From a virus (taxonomy: Duplodnaviria > Caudoviricetes): 51,384 nt of DNA. A program made the translations under genes and the position numbers. The notes under the pieces were generated by a model, which saw only the letters and a program-made list of their open reading frames with translations, searched no databases and was not told where the DNA came from. Every line of letters starts with the position of its first letter. Position 1 is the stretch's first letter. Positions 43,928 through 51,384 of the stretch are shown here, piece by piece. The stretch is taken from positions 1-51,384 of the IMG/VR virus record IMGVR_UViG_3300036792_000159. One strand, given 5' to 3'.

Positions 43928-44712
43928 CAGGAGTTCTCCCTTGCGATCGCGCGGAGGTCCCCACACAGGGGGCTCAGCACGTACTCCCATGGCAGCCAGA
44001 AGTATCCTTCGTCCTGCACTTCGGGCGTCCAAGAATTTCGGCACTCCACGTGAGTGGGGTTCCAGCCGATGAAGTCGAACTCGTGGCCTCCGATGACGGT
44101 GTCGCCCTTCTGCGGCATCGGGATGATCCCTGTGCGCATGGCTTCGTCGCTCTCGAAGGTGTTATACAGCGTCGCGCCACAAGCGACAGGCTGTTTGTTG
44201 AGGATCATCGCCATGATCTCTCGACCGTTCTTGCGAGGATGCACGTACGTGGCGATCTTGTACTGTCCCGCGTGGGCGTAGGCTTCTTCGTCTGGCTTCT
44301 CGGTCACCGGCATGTCGTAGGTCCAGAATGTCTCCGGCGGGCAGCCATTGTGTCTCAAGACCTTGAAGCCGTCGGAGCCGACTGCGCCTTCGTCTTTCAG
44401 GACGTCGTGCTCGCGTAGCCGCTCCATGTAGTAGAGGAAGCGACGCGACGGGATTCCCATCTCGATGCCGTCGAGCGCCTTGTCGAACTGGAGCAAGAAT
44501 GCGAGCGCATTTGCCGTGCAGTCGTTGGTGTTCTGACCGTACGGAAGCGCGACTTCGTTGCACTGTTCTCGCAGGCTGAACGTGCCAGGCAAGTCCTGCG
44601 CGATCATCGTCGAGACGCGGTCGGGGAATGCCTCGTAGTCGTTGATGTCGTAGAGCGACGGGATGTAGCCGGTGAAGTGGCCTCCCGGCGTGGTTTGAGC
44701 TACGGTAGTCAT
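43927..44712 (-). CDS. Papain-like (C1) cysteine peptidase
   Basis: QNTNDCTANA, SRRFLYY, GGH, RNSW, GYFWLPW.Y. Confidence 0.88.
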   Translation of the reverse strand: MTTVAQTTPGGHFTGYIPSLYDINDYEAFPDRVSTMIAQDLPGTFSLREQCNEVALPYGQNTNDCTANALAFLLQFDKALDGIEMGIPSRRFLYYMERLREHDVLKDEGAVGSDGFKVLRHNGCPPETFWTYDMPVTEKPDEEAYAHAGQYKIATYVHPRKNGREIMAMILNKQPVACGATLYNTFESDEAMRTGIIPMPQKGDTVIGGHEFDFIGWNPTHVECRNSWTPEVQDEGYFWLPWEYVLSPLCGDLRAIARENS

Positions 44713-44720
44713 CTGTCCTC

Positions 44721-46268
44721 CTATGATATCCCGGTTTCATCGATCTGGGCGAAGGCCGTAGGTGATACTCCGGCTCCCAGATTGTCGATGCCTAGTTGGT
44801 AGACGCCCGGCGTGATCACGGTGAATTCGAGCGCCTTTGCTTCAAACACCAAGTTGCTGAAGGCCAAGCTGGCAAGCACCGCGCCACCCTGTAACCTTGC
44901 GATCATCCTACACACAGGGCCACTGGACAGGACTTTCGCGCTGAACACGTGGACCCCTGCTTCGAGGAACACTCCCTCTGTTATCGCCGCGTAGCCGAGG
45001 TTGAAGTGATCTATCTGCCCGACGTGATTGGCTACGATCAGTTCGGAGTGGGCGGATCCTTCGAGCGTCCAGAATGAAGTACCGAGCTCGTGGCTGAAGG
45101 CGTTTTTCCCCTCGAAGTTCGAGTTGTAGATCCCGGTCGTCTTGGTGGAGATCGCGAATTTGTAGACGGTCGCATCATCATGGGTCAGGTTTGCCGTCGC
45201 CATTTTTTCGAGTTCCTTCGATTTTGGTTCTGCCCCTGTGGGCGTCCACGTGTTGCGAAGGAAAGTGAGATCTTTGCTCGGCGTTCTCTGGCTGACGACG
45301 TGATACGGGTCGAGGTAGGAGACGCTGAGCGGGACCGGCGCTTTGAAGATGTTGTCGTGGACGTTGATCCTCGAGATCTCGCAGAGTGACTGGTCGGCGG
45401 CCGCGAGCGTCCAGTTGATGAAGAAGAAGCCGTGAGAGGTGCCGGTGTCGATGTTGTTCACTTCGTTGCCGTAGATCTCGATGTCCGTGGACGGCCTTAC
45501 CGTGTCCGAGTTCCACCAGGCAGATCTGCGAGGATCTTCGAAGCTGGCCCAGACGTAGATCCCATCGTCTTTTGTGGTGAGTTTGCAGCCGTGGACCTTG
45601 CCGTGACGACAGTTCATCAAGCTGACGCCGTCGGAGTTGATCGTAGCCGGTTCGAGTGTCTTGAAGTTTTCCACAGTAAAGTTTTCGCAGTCTCGGATGG
45701 TGACGTTGTAGCCGGAGGCGCCTTTGACTGTGATATTCTTCACGGTAAATCCAGGCGCCCTGAACGTCCCGATCCCATGGACGAGTACGCTTTCGGTGTC
45801 GAGGGTTTTTCTCGTCAGCTGGATGACCCCTGACCCTGCAACCTTCGCGTTGGCCACGCCTTCCCCTGCATAGACCAGTGGATAGTTCTGGTCGAGGTAT
45901 GTGATGAACGGTACTTCCGAGCCTGGGATAGCTCGGCCTTTCGTCGGTTCGGGGGAGTAGTGCGACGGTTCCTGGCTCTGAGTCAAGGTCCCTTCCACCA
46001 GGAGGGTGACGTTAGACGCCAGTTTCAGGTTTCCCGAGAGGAATGTGTGACCTGCCGGAAGCAGGACGGTCCCCCCACCCTTTTCGCCCACTTCTTTGAT
46101 CGATTCCTGGATCGCCACCCTGTCGTTGGTGACACCGTTACCTGCGGCGTTGTGCGGGGCATTCATCACGTTTACCACCAGTTCGGTCTGGGGTTCTGTG
46201 ATGAAATGCCGGGACATCACGGTTTTTGGCTCCAGGAACCAACCCAATCTCGCGTCCTTGAGGGTCAC
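44721..46268 (-). CDS. Pectin-lyase beta-helix / GH28-like glycoside hydrolase with C-terminal CBM-like domain
   Basis: AAGNGVTND..AIQ...GGGTVLLPAG; NSDG, KDD, SHG motifs. Confidence 0.75.
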   Translation of the reverse strand: MTLKDARLGWFLEPKTVMSRHFITEPQTELVVNVMNAPHNAAGNGVTNDRVAIQESIKEVGEKGGGTVLLPAGHTFLSGNLKLASNVTLLVEGTLTQSQEPSHYSPEPTKGRAIPGSEVPFITYLDQNYPLVYAGEGVANAKVAGSGVIQLTRKTLDTESVLVHGIGTFRAPGFTVKNITVKGASGYNVTIRDCENFTVENFKTLEPATINSDGVSLMNCRHGKVHGCKLTTKDDGIYVWASFEDPRRSAWWNSDTVRPSTDIEIYGNEVNNIDTGTSHGFFFINWTLAAADQSLCEISRINVHDNIFKAPVPLSVSYLDPYHVVSQRTPSKDLTFLRNTWTPTGAEPKSKELEKMATANLTHDDATVYKFAISTKTTGIYNSNFEGKNAFSHELGTSFWTLEGSAHSELIVANHVGQIDHFNLGYAAITEGVFLEAGVHVFSAKVLSSGPVCRMIARLQGGAVLASLAFSNLVFEAKALEFTVITPGVYQLGIDNLGAGVSPTAFAQIDETGIS

Positions 46269-46339
46269 AGAACTCTCCGTGCCAGCGCGATGACAAGCAG
46301 TACCAAGATGATGACGATCAAGATCCACACGATGCTCAT
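46265..46339 (-). CDS. 24-aa single-TM peptide
   Basis: MSIVWILIVIILVLLVIALARRVL; ATGA and GTGA couplings; AGGAG SD. Confidence 0.6.
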   Translation of the reverse strand: MSIVWILIVIILVLLVIALARRVL

Positions 46340-47763
46340 ATGTCTGCTCCTATCCTGACGGGTTCCCATTCCTCGACGTACGTGTCTTCTTCGTACTCTG
46401 CGAAGAACAACTCGCTGAACAACCACACCAGAGCGTCCATCCGGTCTGGCGATTTGTCTCCTTCACCCGGCACCCACGTACAGAGCTGATCTTCTAGCTC
46501 GGGGAATGCGCCTACGTGCCTGATGCGCGGGGGACGCGTGCTCCCGTTGCCGTAGAGGGTCGAGACAGGCTCCGCGCGGATCTGCTTGCCGCGCGAGGCG
46601 TGTACTTCATGGTACGGCACCATCGGGTCGATCGTTGCGATGACATGCTCAATCATGTTCCCGCCGTTGTTGACCTCGCCGATGATGTAGTCGGCGTTGT
46701 AGTGCTTGAATGCCCTCACCGCCCTTTTGCCCCAGCCGTCCGGCCCGAGATGGCAGGTGAGGTCTGCCAGCAGATATCCCAGGCCGTCTGTCCCTATACC
46801 ACCGACCATGATGCCGGTATCTGCGGACTCCTCACCCGTGGAGACAGCAGGGTCGATGGCAACTGCAACCAGCACCATTTCGGGGATCTGGTCAAGTTCT
46901 GGTCGCAGGCGGCAGGCGTCGAGCACGAGTCGCGTCCAGAGCGCGCCCTCGATGTCATCGAGCAATTCACCGCGTAGCTCCTGCCGTCCTAGCCTGGTTC
47001 CTTCGTATTTCTTCCGCATCTTCTCGACCCACTCGGGTGGGTTGTGCGGGTTATCGAATAGCGAGGCATGGGTGACCACGGTATTCTCGATCTTGAGAAT
47101 AGCGCGGAAATCAGTCGTGTTACGCGGTGTGGTCGACGCAATACTATGTGGGCGTGTGTGTTCTGCGAGTCGAAGACCGAATGCCGCCTGGTCCCACGCT
47201 TCCTTGAGTTGCGCATTAGCCGCCATCTCCTCCCACCAGTCAAGTTCGCGGTTACCTCCCGCCCTGAGCCTGTCGACGTCTTTGGGGAATGGCGTCCCGA
47301 CGACCATCGCCTCCGAGCCGTTGGGCCAGGCGACCTTTGCACCACCCACGGCGTTGGGATGCCAGGTCACATCTGGGTCGATGCGCTTTAGGCCACTAGG
47401 GCCGTCGATGCAGGCTTCCACCGCGTCTCCGAGCGTCGGGGCGATGATGCGTCCACGAGCGCCTGGGTTCTGGTGCATGTAAGTCGCAAAGTAGTGAGAG
47501 CAGGCCTCGGTCTTGCCTGCACCTCGCCCTGCCTGAAGGACCCAGAGGTCGAAGAGTGAGGTCGGAGGCTGCTGGTGCGGCTCGAGGGTCCGGTTGATCG
47601 GACTTACCCACGGTTTTGGGAAGATGATGTCCATCGCCGCCTCGGTCGTACCCTGAGGTACCCCCTGTGATACAGCCGGCTCTCCCTTGGCTTTTTTGGC
47701 CTTGGGAGGCTTTGGCAGCTTGGGAGGCTGCTGAGGAGTGGCTTTCTGCCCCGGACGGCTCAC
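46336..47763 (-). CDS. terL: Terminase large subunit
   Basis: AGRGAGKT, WWEE, STTP, IDPA, SPDRMDA. Confidence 0.95.
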   Translation of the reverse strand: MSRPGQKATPQQPPKLPKPPKAKKAKGEPAVSQGVPQGTTEAAMDIIFPKPWVSPINRTLEPHQQPPTSLFDLWVLQAGRGAGKTEACSHYFATYMHQNPGARGRIIAPTLGDAVEACIDGPSGLKRIDPDVTWHPNAVGGAKVAWPNGSEAMVVGTPFPKDVDRLRAGGNRELDWWEEMAANAQLKEAWDQAAFGLRLAEHTRPHSIASTTPRNTTDFRAILKIENTVVTHASLFDNPHNPPEWVEKMRKKYEGTRLGRQELRGELLDDIEGALWTRLVLDACRLRPELDQIPEMVLVAVAIDPAVSTGEESADTGIMVGGIGTDGLGYLLADLTCHLGPDGWGKRAVRAFKHYNADYIIGEVNNGGNMIEHVIATIDPMVPYHEVHASRGKQIRAEPVSTLYGNGSTRPPRIRHVGAFPELEDQLCTWVPGEGDKSPDRMDALVWLFSELFFAEYEEDTYVEEWEPVRIGADI

Positions 47764-48320
47764 GCTGCATTCTCCTGCGGTGTGGCCTCTCCTTTGGCAA
47801 GCTGGCGCAGACGGCGAATCTGGGATCCATCCCCACCCTCAAGCACCTTGAGATTAGCCTCCACCACTTCTGGCGCTTTCTCCAGCTGCTCGTCGGTCAA
47901 GTTCAGGCTGTCGAGGATCGATTTGATGACCGGCGCCATCACAGAGGCCATGACTTCCGCTGCCCGTGCCTTGCGGTCGTCGATGTTCAGGGTGATCATT
48001 TTCCCTGCGATCATCCAGACTTCCTTGCGGAGGTCCTCTTCCAGGCGGATCCACTCGTTGGGGATTTTTCCTACCATCGTCTCGCGCCAGATTTCGTCGG
48101 CCTCGAGATTTTCGACCCCTGAGATCGCATTTGCCAACATATGCGTGGCACGATCGAGGATGAACTGCATGGCGTTGCTGGGATCGATGTTCTCCTCGGG
48201 GGTGCCGGTCGTCAGTGCCATATTTCGCGCTTCACGCAACGCTTGGCGTTGAGAGCGGCGTTTGGTCTGACGACGTGCTGCGACGGACTCCTTGGATTTG
48301 GAGTTCTTCTTACCGGCCAT
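47760..48320 (-). CDS. Terminase small subunit (putative)
   Basis: Directly upstream of terL; AGGAG SD. Confidence 0.65.
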   Translation of the reverse strand: MAGKKNSKSKESVAARRQTKRRSQRQALREARNMALTTGTPEENIDPSNAMQFILDRATHMLANAISGVENLEADEIWRETMVGKIPNEWIRLEEDLRKEVWMIAGKMITLNIDDRKARAAEVMASVMAPVIKSILDSLNLTDEQLEKAPEVVEANLKVLEGGDGSQIRRLRQLAKGEATPQENAA

Positions 48321-48607
48321 CGTGATCTCCTGTAGTGGTTTTTGAGCCAAAAAAATAAAAGGGCCATCGTGATGCTGAGGTTCAGTGGTTCACCGTGCCG
48401 TAGTCACCCCCCACTCGCACTAGACATCGCCACACTATTTCAATCGCACTTCACATCACTGTGCACCGCTACTGTGACGTATAGTGCAATGCGAGTGAAT
48501 GCGGGCGGGCGACGCTCTTCTGAGTGAACGATGGTGCGATCTTGCGTCTTGTGCATGACGGACAGCACGATGACGTATGGACGTTTAGGCCATCTTGCGA
48601 TTTGCAC

Positions 48608-48636
48608 TTGCATTGTGGACCGCAGGCTGGTACATT
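48608..48636 (+). promoter_or_regulatory. Sigma70-type promoter
   Basis: TTGCAT-N17-TACATT. Confidence 0.6.
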
Positions 48637-48672
48637 GTTCCTATGCACGTAACGCACAAAGGAGACAGTCAC

Positions 48673-48870
48673 ATGCCAGAGAACATCGACATCGAGGTCC
48701 GCGTAGAACAGCTAGCACAACAGATCAACCAGGACCCAGAGGCATTCGCTGCCGCCCTACAGGGCATCGCAGACAGCATGTACGCAGACAAGCCAGAGTA
48801 CAAGCCGCTTGCTCTAGCCCTCAAGCAGGTAGCTGTAAGCGCAGGGGTCGTAGCCAGCTACGCAGAGTAG
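48673..48870 (+). CDS. Small hypothetical protein
   Basis: AAGGAG SD and promoter. Confidence 0.65.
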   Translation: MPENIDIEVRVEQLAQQINQDPEAFAAALQGIADSMYADKPEYKPLALALKQVAVSAGVVASYAE

Positions 48871-48929
48871 GGCCTATAGCAGCTACGCAGGACACACATA
48901 CGTCGCCGCTGCTACAGACAGCCAGGAGA

Positions 48930-49394
48930 CTACATCACATCGCCCTCCACACGCCTGTACTGCATGCGCAGCTTGCGTACGTACACCGCGCTGCAACCGA
49001 AGTCCCTAGCTACCAGCCTGCTGCTACGCGTATCGTTAGCTACGGCCTCCTTCCACGCCCTGCTACGGCGCTTACGGCCATCCCTGTACGTACGTGCCCT
49101 GTTACCTGTGGCTAGCTCCAGCGCATGCTGTGCATCGCCTAGCACCTGTAGGCGTTCCCAGTTGCACGTAGCCTCCGCATACCGCGTACGCAAGTCATCC
49201 AGATACGCGTTCGTCTCACCCGTAGGAGCGTTCCCCACGCTCTTACCCCTTGCCGTTTCGCTCCCTACACGCGCAGCGCCTACCGTAGACAGTAGCTCCA
49301 GCTCTGCGCACACCCTACGCATAAGGGACGTCAGCACAGCAGGGGCTTCGCTACGTGTCTTCAATCGCTCTACGTCCACCCACACAGCGTACAT
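48930..49394 (-). CDS. Protein with C-terminal HTH (possible late regulator)
   Basis: SSRLVARDFGCSAVYVRKLR. Confidence 0.6.
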   Translation of the reverse strand: MYAVWVDVERLKTRSEAPAVLTSLMRRVCAELELLSTVGAARVGSETARGKSVGNAPTGETNAYLDDLRTRYAEATCNWERLQVLGDAQHALELATGNRARTYRDGRKRRSRAWKEAVANDTRSSRLVARDFGCSAVYVRKLRMQYRRVEGDVM

Positions 49395-49464
49395 CGCAAA
49401 CCCCTACATTCACCACCCCCTGTACACTGCCCTATACCACATTCGTCCGTTTTCAAATTTCCAC

Positions 49465-49492
49465 TTGCATTTCGACTGCGGAGCTGTATAGT
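49465..49492 (+). promoter_or_regulatory. Sigma70-type promoter
   Basis: TTGCAT-N16-TATAGT; shares CACTTGCATT with the 48.6 kb promoter. Confidence 0.55.
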
Positions 49493-49552
49493 CGTCTTAT
49501 CAAGTCAAACAGGGCACTGCACAAACCGCCCTACACGTCCTAGGAGGACAAG

Positions 49553-49813
49553 ATGCCTACCACCAAAAAAACCACCGCTCGCAAGTCCACCAAGACCAGC
49601 ACCGCTTCCAAGAGCACCAAGGTCAGCAAACCGAACAACAGCGCGTCGGAGACCGTCAAGTCGCTTGCAGAGGCGCACAACGTCAACTACCGCAAGGCGC
49701 GTCGGATCGCTCGTGCCGAGGGCCTCGGGGTAGGCAAAGGCGCCAAGTACGATCAGCTCACCAAACCGCAGGTCAAGAAGCTCAGCAAAGCGCTTGCCGC
49801 CGCAAGCAAGTAG
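49553..49813 (+). CDS. Histone-like basic protein with HTH-like domain
   Basis: K/T/S-rich tail, then TVKSLAEAHNVNYRKARRIAR...GKGAKY; AGGAGG SD. Confidence 0.75.
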   Translation: MPTTKKTTARKSTKTSTASKSTKVSKPNNSASETVKSLAEAHNVNYRKARRIARAEGLGVGKGAKYDQLTKPQVKKLSKALAAASK

Positions 49814-49910
49814 CTCCCAGGCGCAGGGGTAGCCAAGCCCCGTCTACAGCAGCAACTCTGTAGGCGCCTCTCCCAGTCACACACAACCCCCCACGCAAAG
49901 GAGTCACCCT

Positions 49911-50009
49911 ATGCAGACCCTCGAGAACATCGCAGCCATCTTGTGCATCTGCATCTTCGCACTTGCACCCGTCCTCACCTACTGCATCTGCACCAAGGAG
50001 CGTGTCTAG
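49911..50009 (+). CDS. Small Cys-rich membrane peptide
   Basis: AAGGAG SD; MQTLENIAAILCICIFALAPVLTYCICTKERV. Confidence 0.45.
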   Translation: MQTLENIAAILCICIFALAPVLTYCICTKERV

Positions 50010-50254
50010 CTCATGTTGCCCACCTACTCACACTACCTGCTCCACCTGCTCACCTACATCACGCCTCTGCACTTCTTTCACCCCTCCGGCCTCTGTCGCG
50101 CGTACTTCGAACAGAGCGGCCACTGCATAGGCATAGCGCCAGAACACCTGCCTTAGCCCTCCTACGCCTCTCCCACCCCCTACAGGCCTTGCACCTTGCA
50201 GGGCCTTTTCCTTGGCTCCGTACGCGCTCCCACGTCGGTCAAACAGGCCACAGA

Positions 50255-50293
50255 AAAGGCGCCTAGTGCCGGGGAAGCCCTAGACGCCTGTTT
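50255..50293. terminator. Hairpin, probable terminator (better formed on the - strand)
   Basis: GGCGTCTAG...CTAGGCGCC-TTTT on the - strand. Confidence 0.45.
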
Positions 50294-50447
50294 CTGCACG
50301 ATCCCTATGCACAACTCCCAGTCACAGGAGAACACTGCACCTACACAGTCTACACCACTGCCCTGCTCGTCTCCCACCTCCCTGCACTCACCCTCCCAGC
50401 AGACGTACAATACTCCTCCCTAGCATCCAGTCTACAGGAAGGTCACA

Positions 50448-51384
50448 TTGTCTCTATCTATCTCCGCAGGATTTCTCACGCGCATCTGGGATTCACAACC
50501 ACAGACAGGGGTGAAGTTCCTCTCCTACTTCGACGCTGAGCGGGAGTGGCAGGACAAAGCTTATCGCAAGCCACCGAAGGAACTACCTCACGATTCACTG
50601 GACGTCTACTTCGCACCGAATGTCTTCGACGACACAGTACGCCGAAAGCCCAACGCATTACCGGGAGTGTGGCTCTATGCAGACCTTGACGAGGTTGATC
50701 CTCTATCTCTTACTGATCTTAGACCTACTGTCGCCTGGACCACCTCTAAACTTCGCTATCAATGCTTGTGGCATCTTAGTCGCGCTCTACCTCCTGCGAA
50801 ACTGGCACGTCTCAATCAGCTCACCACATATTACACGAAGGCGGATAAAGGTGGATGGGGACTGACCAAGGTACTGCGCGTACCAGGCTCCATCTCAACC
50901 AAGCACGGATACAACTTCGCAGTCAAACTTCTATGGGACGACGGCCCCACCTATTCACCGAAGGAGGTACTGGATGTCGTCAAAGTCGCTCGATCAGGAA
51001 CTCCGAGAGTTGACACCAAGGCAACGGAAAGCCTACCTAAGCTACCTAAGATCACTGCATCGCGCATTATACGGCGACGTAAACCGAACGCGAAAGCGAG
51101 GAAGCTCTACAAAGCCAAAGTCGCAAGAGGAGATCGAAGCGCACGGCTCTGGGAACTAGAGTGCCTGCTACTGAAGGCAGGCTGTACGCCAGAGGAGACG
51201 CTGATAGTCGTACGCAAGACGATCTGGAACAAGTACGCAGGACAAGACAGAGAGGTCTCACAACTATGGACAGAGATACACAAGGCGGCGGCAAGCCTAC
51301 CCGCAAAGTCCACCCAAGCCAAAGGAAAGGCTACCAAGGGAAAGGCGCGAAAATCATCTCGCAAAAACACGTCGGGATCGGCCT
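50448..51384 (+). CDS. 5' part of RepB-like primase-helicase (about 704 aa in total, continuing to 1305)
   Basis: TTG with AGGAAGG SD; DVYFAP, LYADLD, TS..RYQCLW, VLRVPGS motifs; open to the window end. Confidence 0.85.
   Translation, partial: MSLSISAGFLTRIWDSQPQTGVKFLSYFDAEREWQDKAYRKPPKELPHDSLDVYFAPNVFDDTVRRKPNALPGVWLYADLDEVDPLSLTDLRPTVAWTTSKLRYQCLWHLSRALPPAKLARLNQLTTYYTKADKGGWGLTKVLRVPGSISTKHGYNFAVKLLWDDGPTYSPKEVLDVVKVARSGTPRVDTKATESLPKLPKITASRIIRRRKPNAKARKLYKAKVARGDRSARLWELECLLLKAGCTPEETLIVVRKTIWNKYAGQDREVSQLWTEIHKAAASLPAKSTQAKGKATKGKARKSSRKNTSGSA
51258..51384. repeat. Terminal overlap copy 2
   Basis: Identical to 1-127. Confidence 0.97.

Noticed and set aside
51258-51384. 127-bp repeat as a biological terminal repeat
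   Set aside because: The length equals a common assembler k-mer and it falls mid-gene, so it is most likely a circularisation artefact
1-51384. Stop-codon reassignment
   Set aside because: Core genes are full length under the standard code and end in all three stop codons; the tRNA is not a suppressor

Overview
This window is an apparently complete, circularly assembled genome (about 51,257 bp unique) of a tailed dsDNA siphovirus-like phage; 1-127 is repeated exactly at 51258-51384. An actinobacterial host is inferred from an mIHF-like gene, a DUF2786 gene and an NrdJ C-terminal domain. No integrase or repressor was recognised. The + strand carries the replication and nucleotide-metabolism genes: a primase-helicase spanning the junction, SNF2 helicase, dNMP kinase, MazG, two tandem thymidylate-synthase-fold genes, dCMP deaminase, a stand-alone NrdJ C-terminal domain, a UDG-PolA fusion, Cas4-like nuclease, AAA_24, SSB-like protein, VRR-NUC and IHF, plus tRNA-Thr. 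The - strand carries an early accessory block (4.4-9.0 kb) and the late operon from terminase to lysis genes (48.3-22.0 kb). The main leads are: (1) a probable cytosine-modification pathway built on a paired, possibly heterodimeric TS-fold enzyme; (2) an in-phase GGGAAAG -1 slippery site and nested ORFs inside the primase-helicase; (3) a +1/-2 rather than -1 tail-chaperone frameshift; (4) several nucleoid-like proteins with charge-block disordered tails; (5) a GH28-like enzyme and a papain-like protease inserted between terminase and portal; (6) a recurring CCTATGCAC leader motif. All family assignments come from reading motifs by eye; no database search was run.
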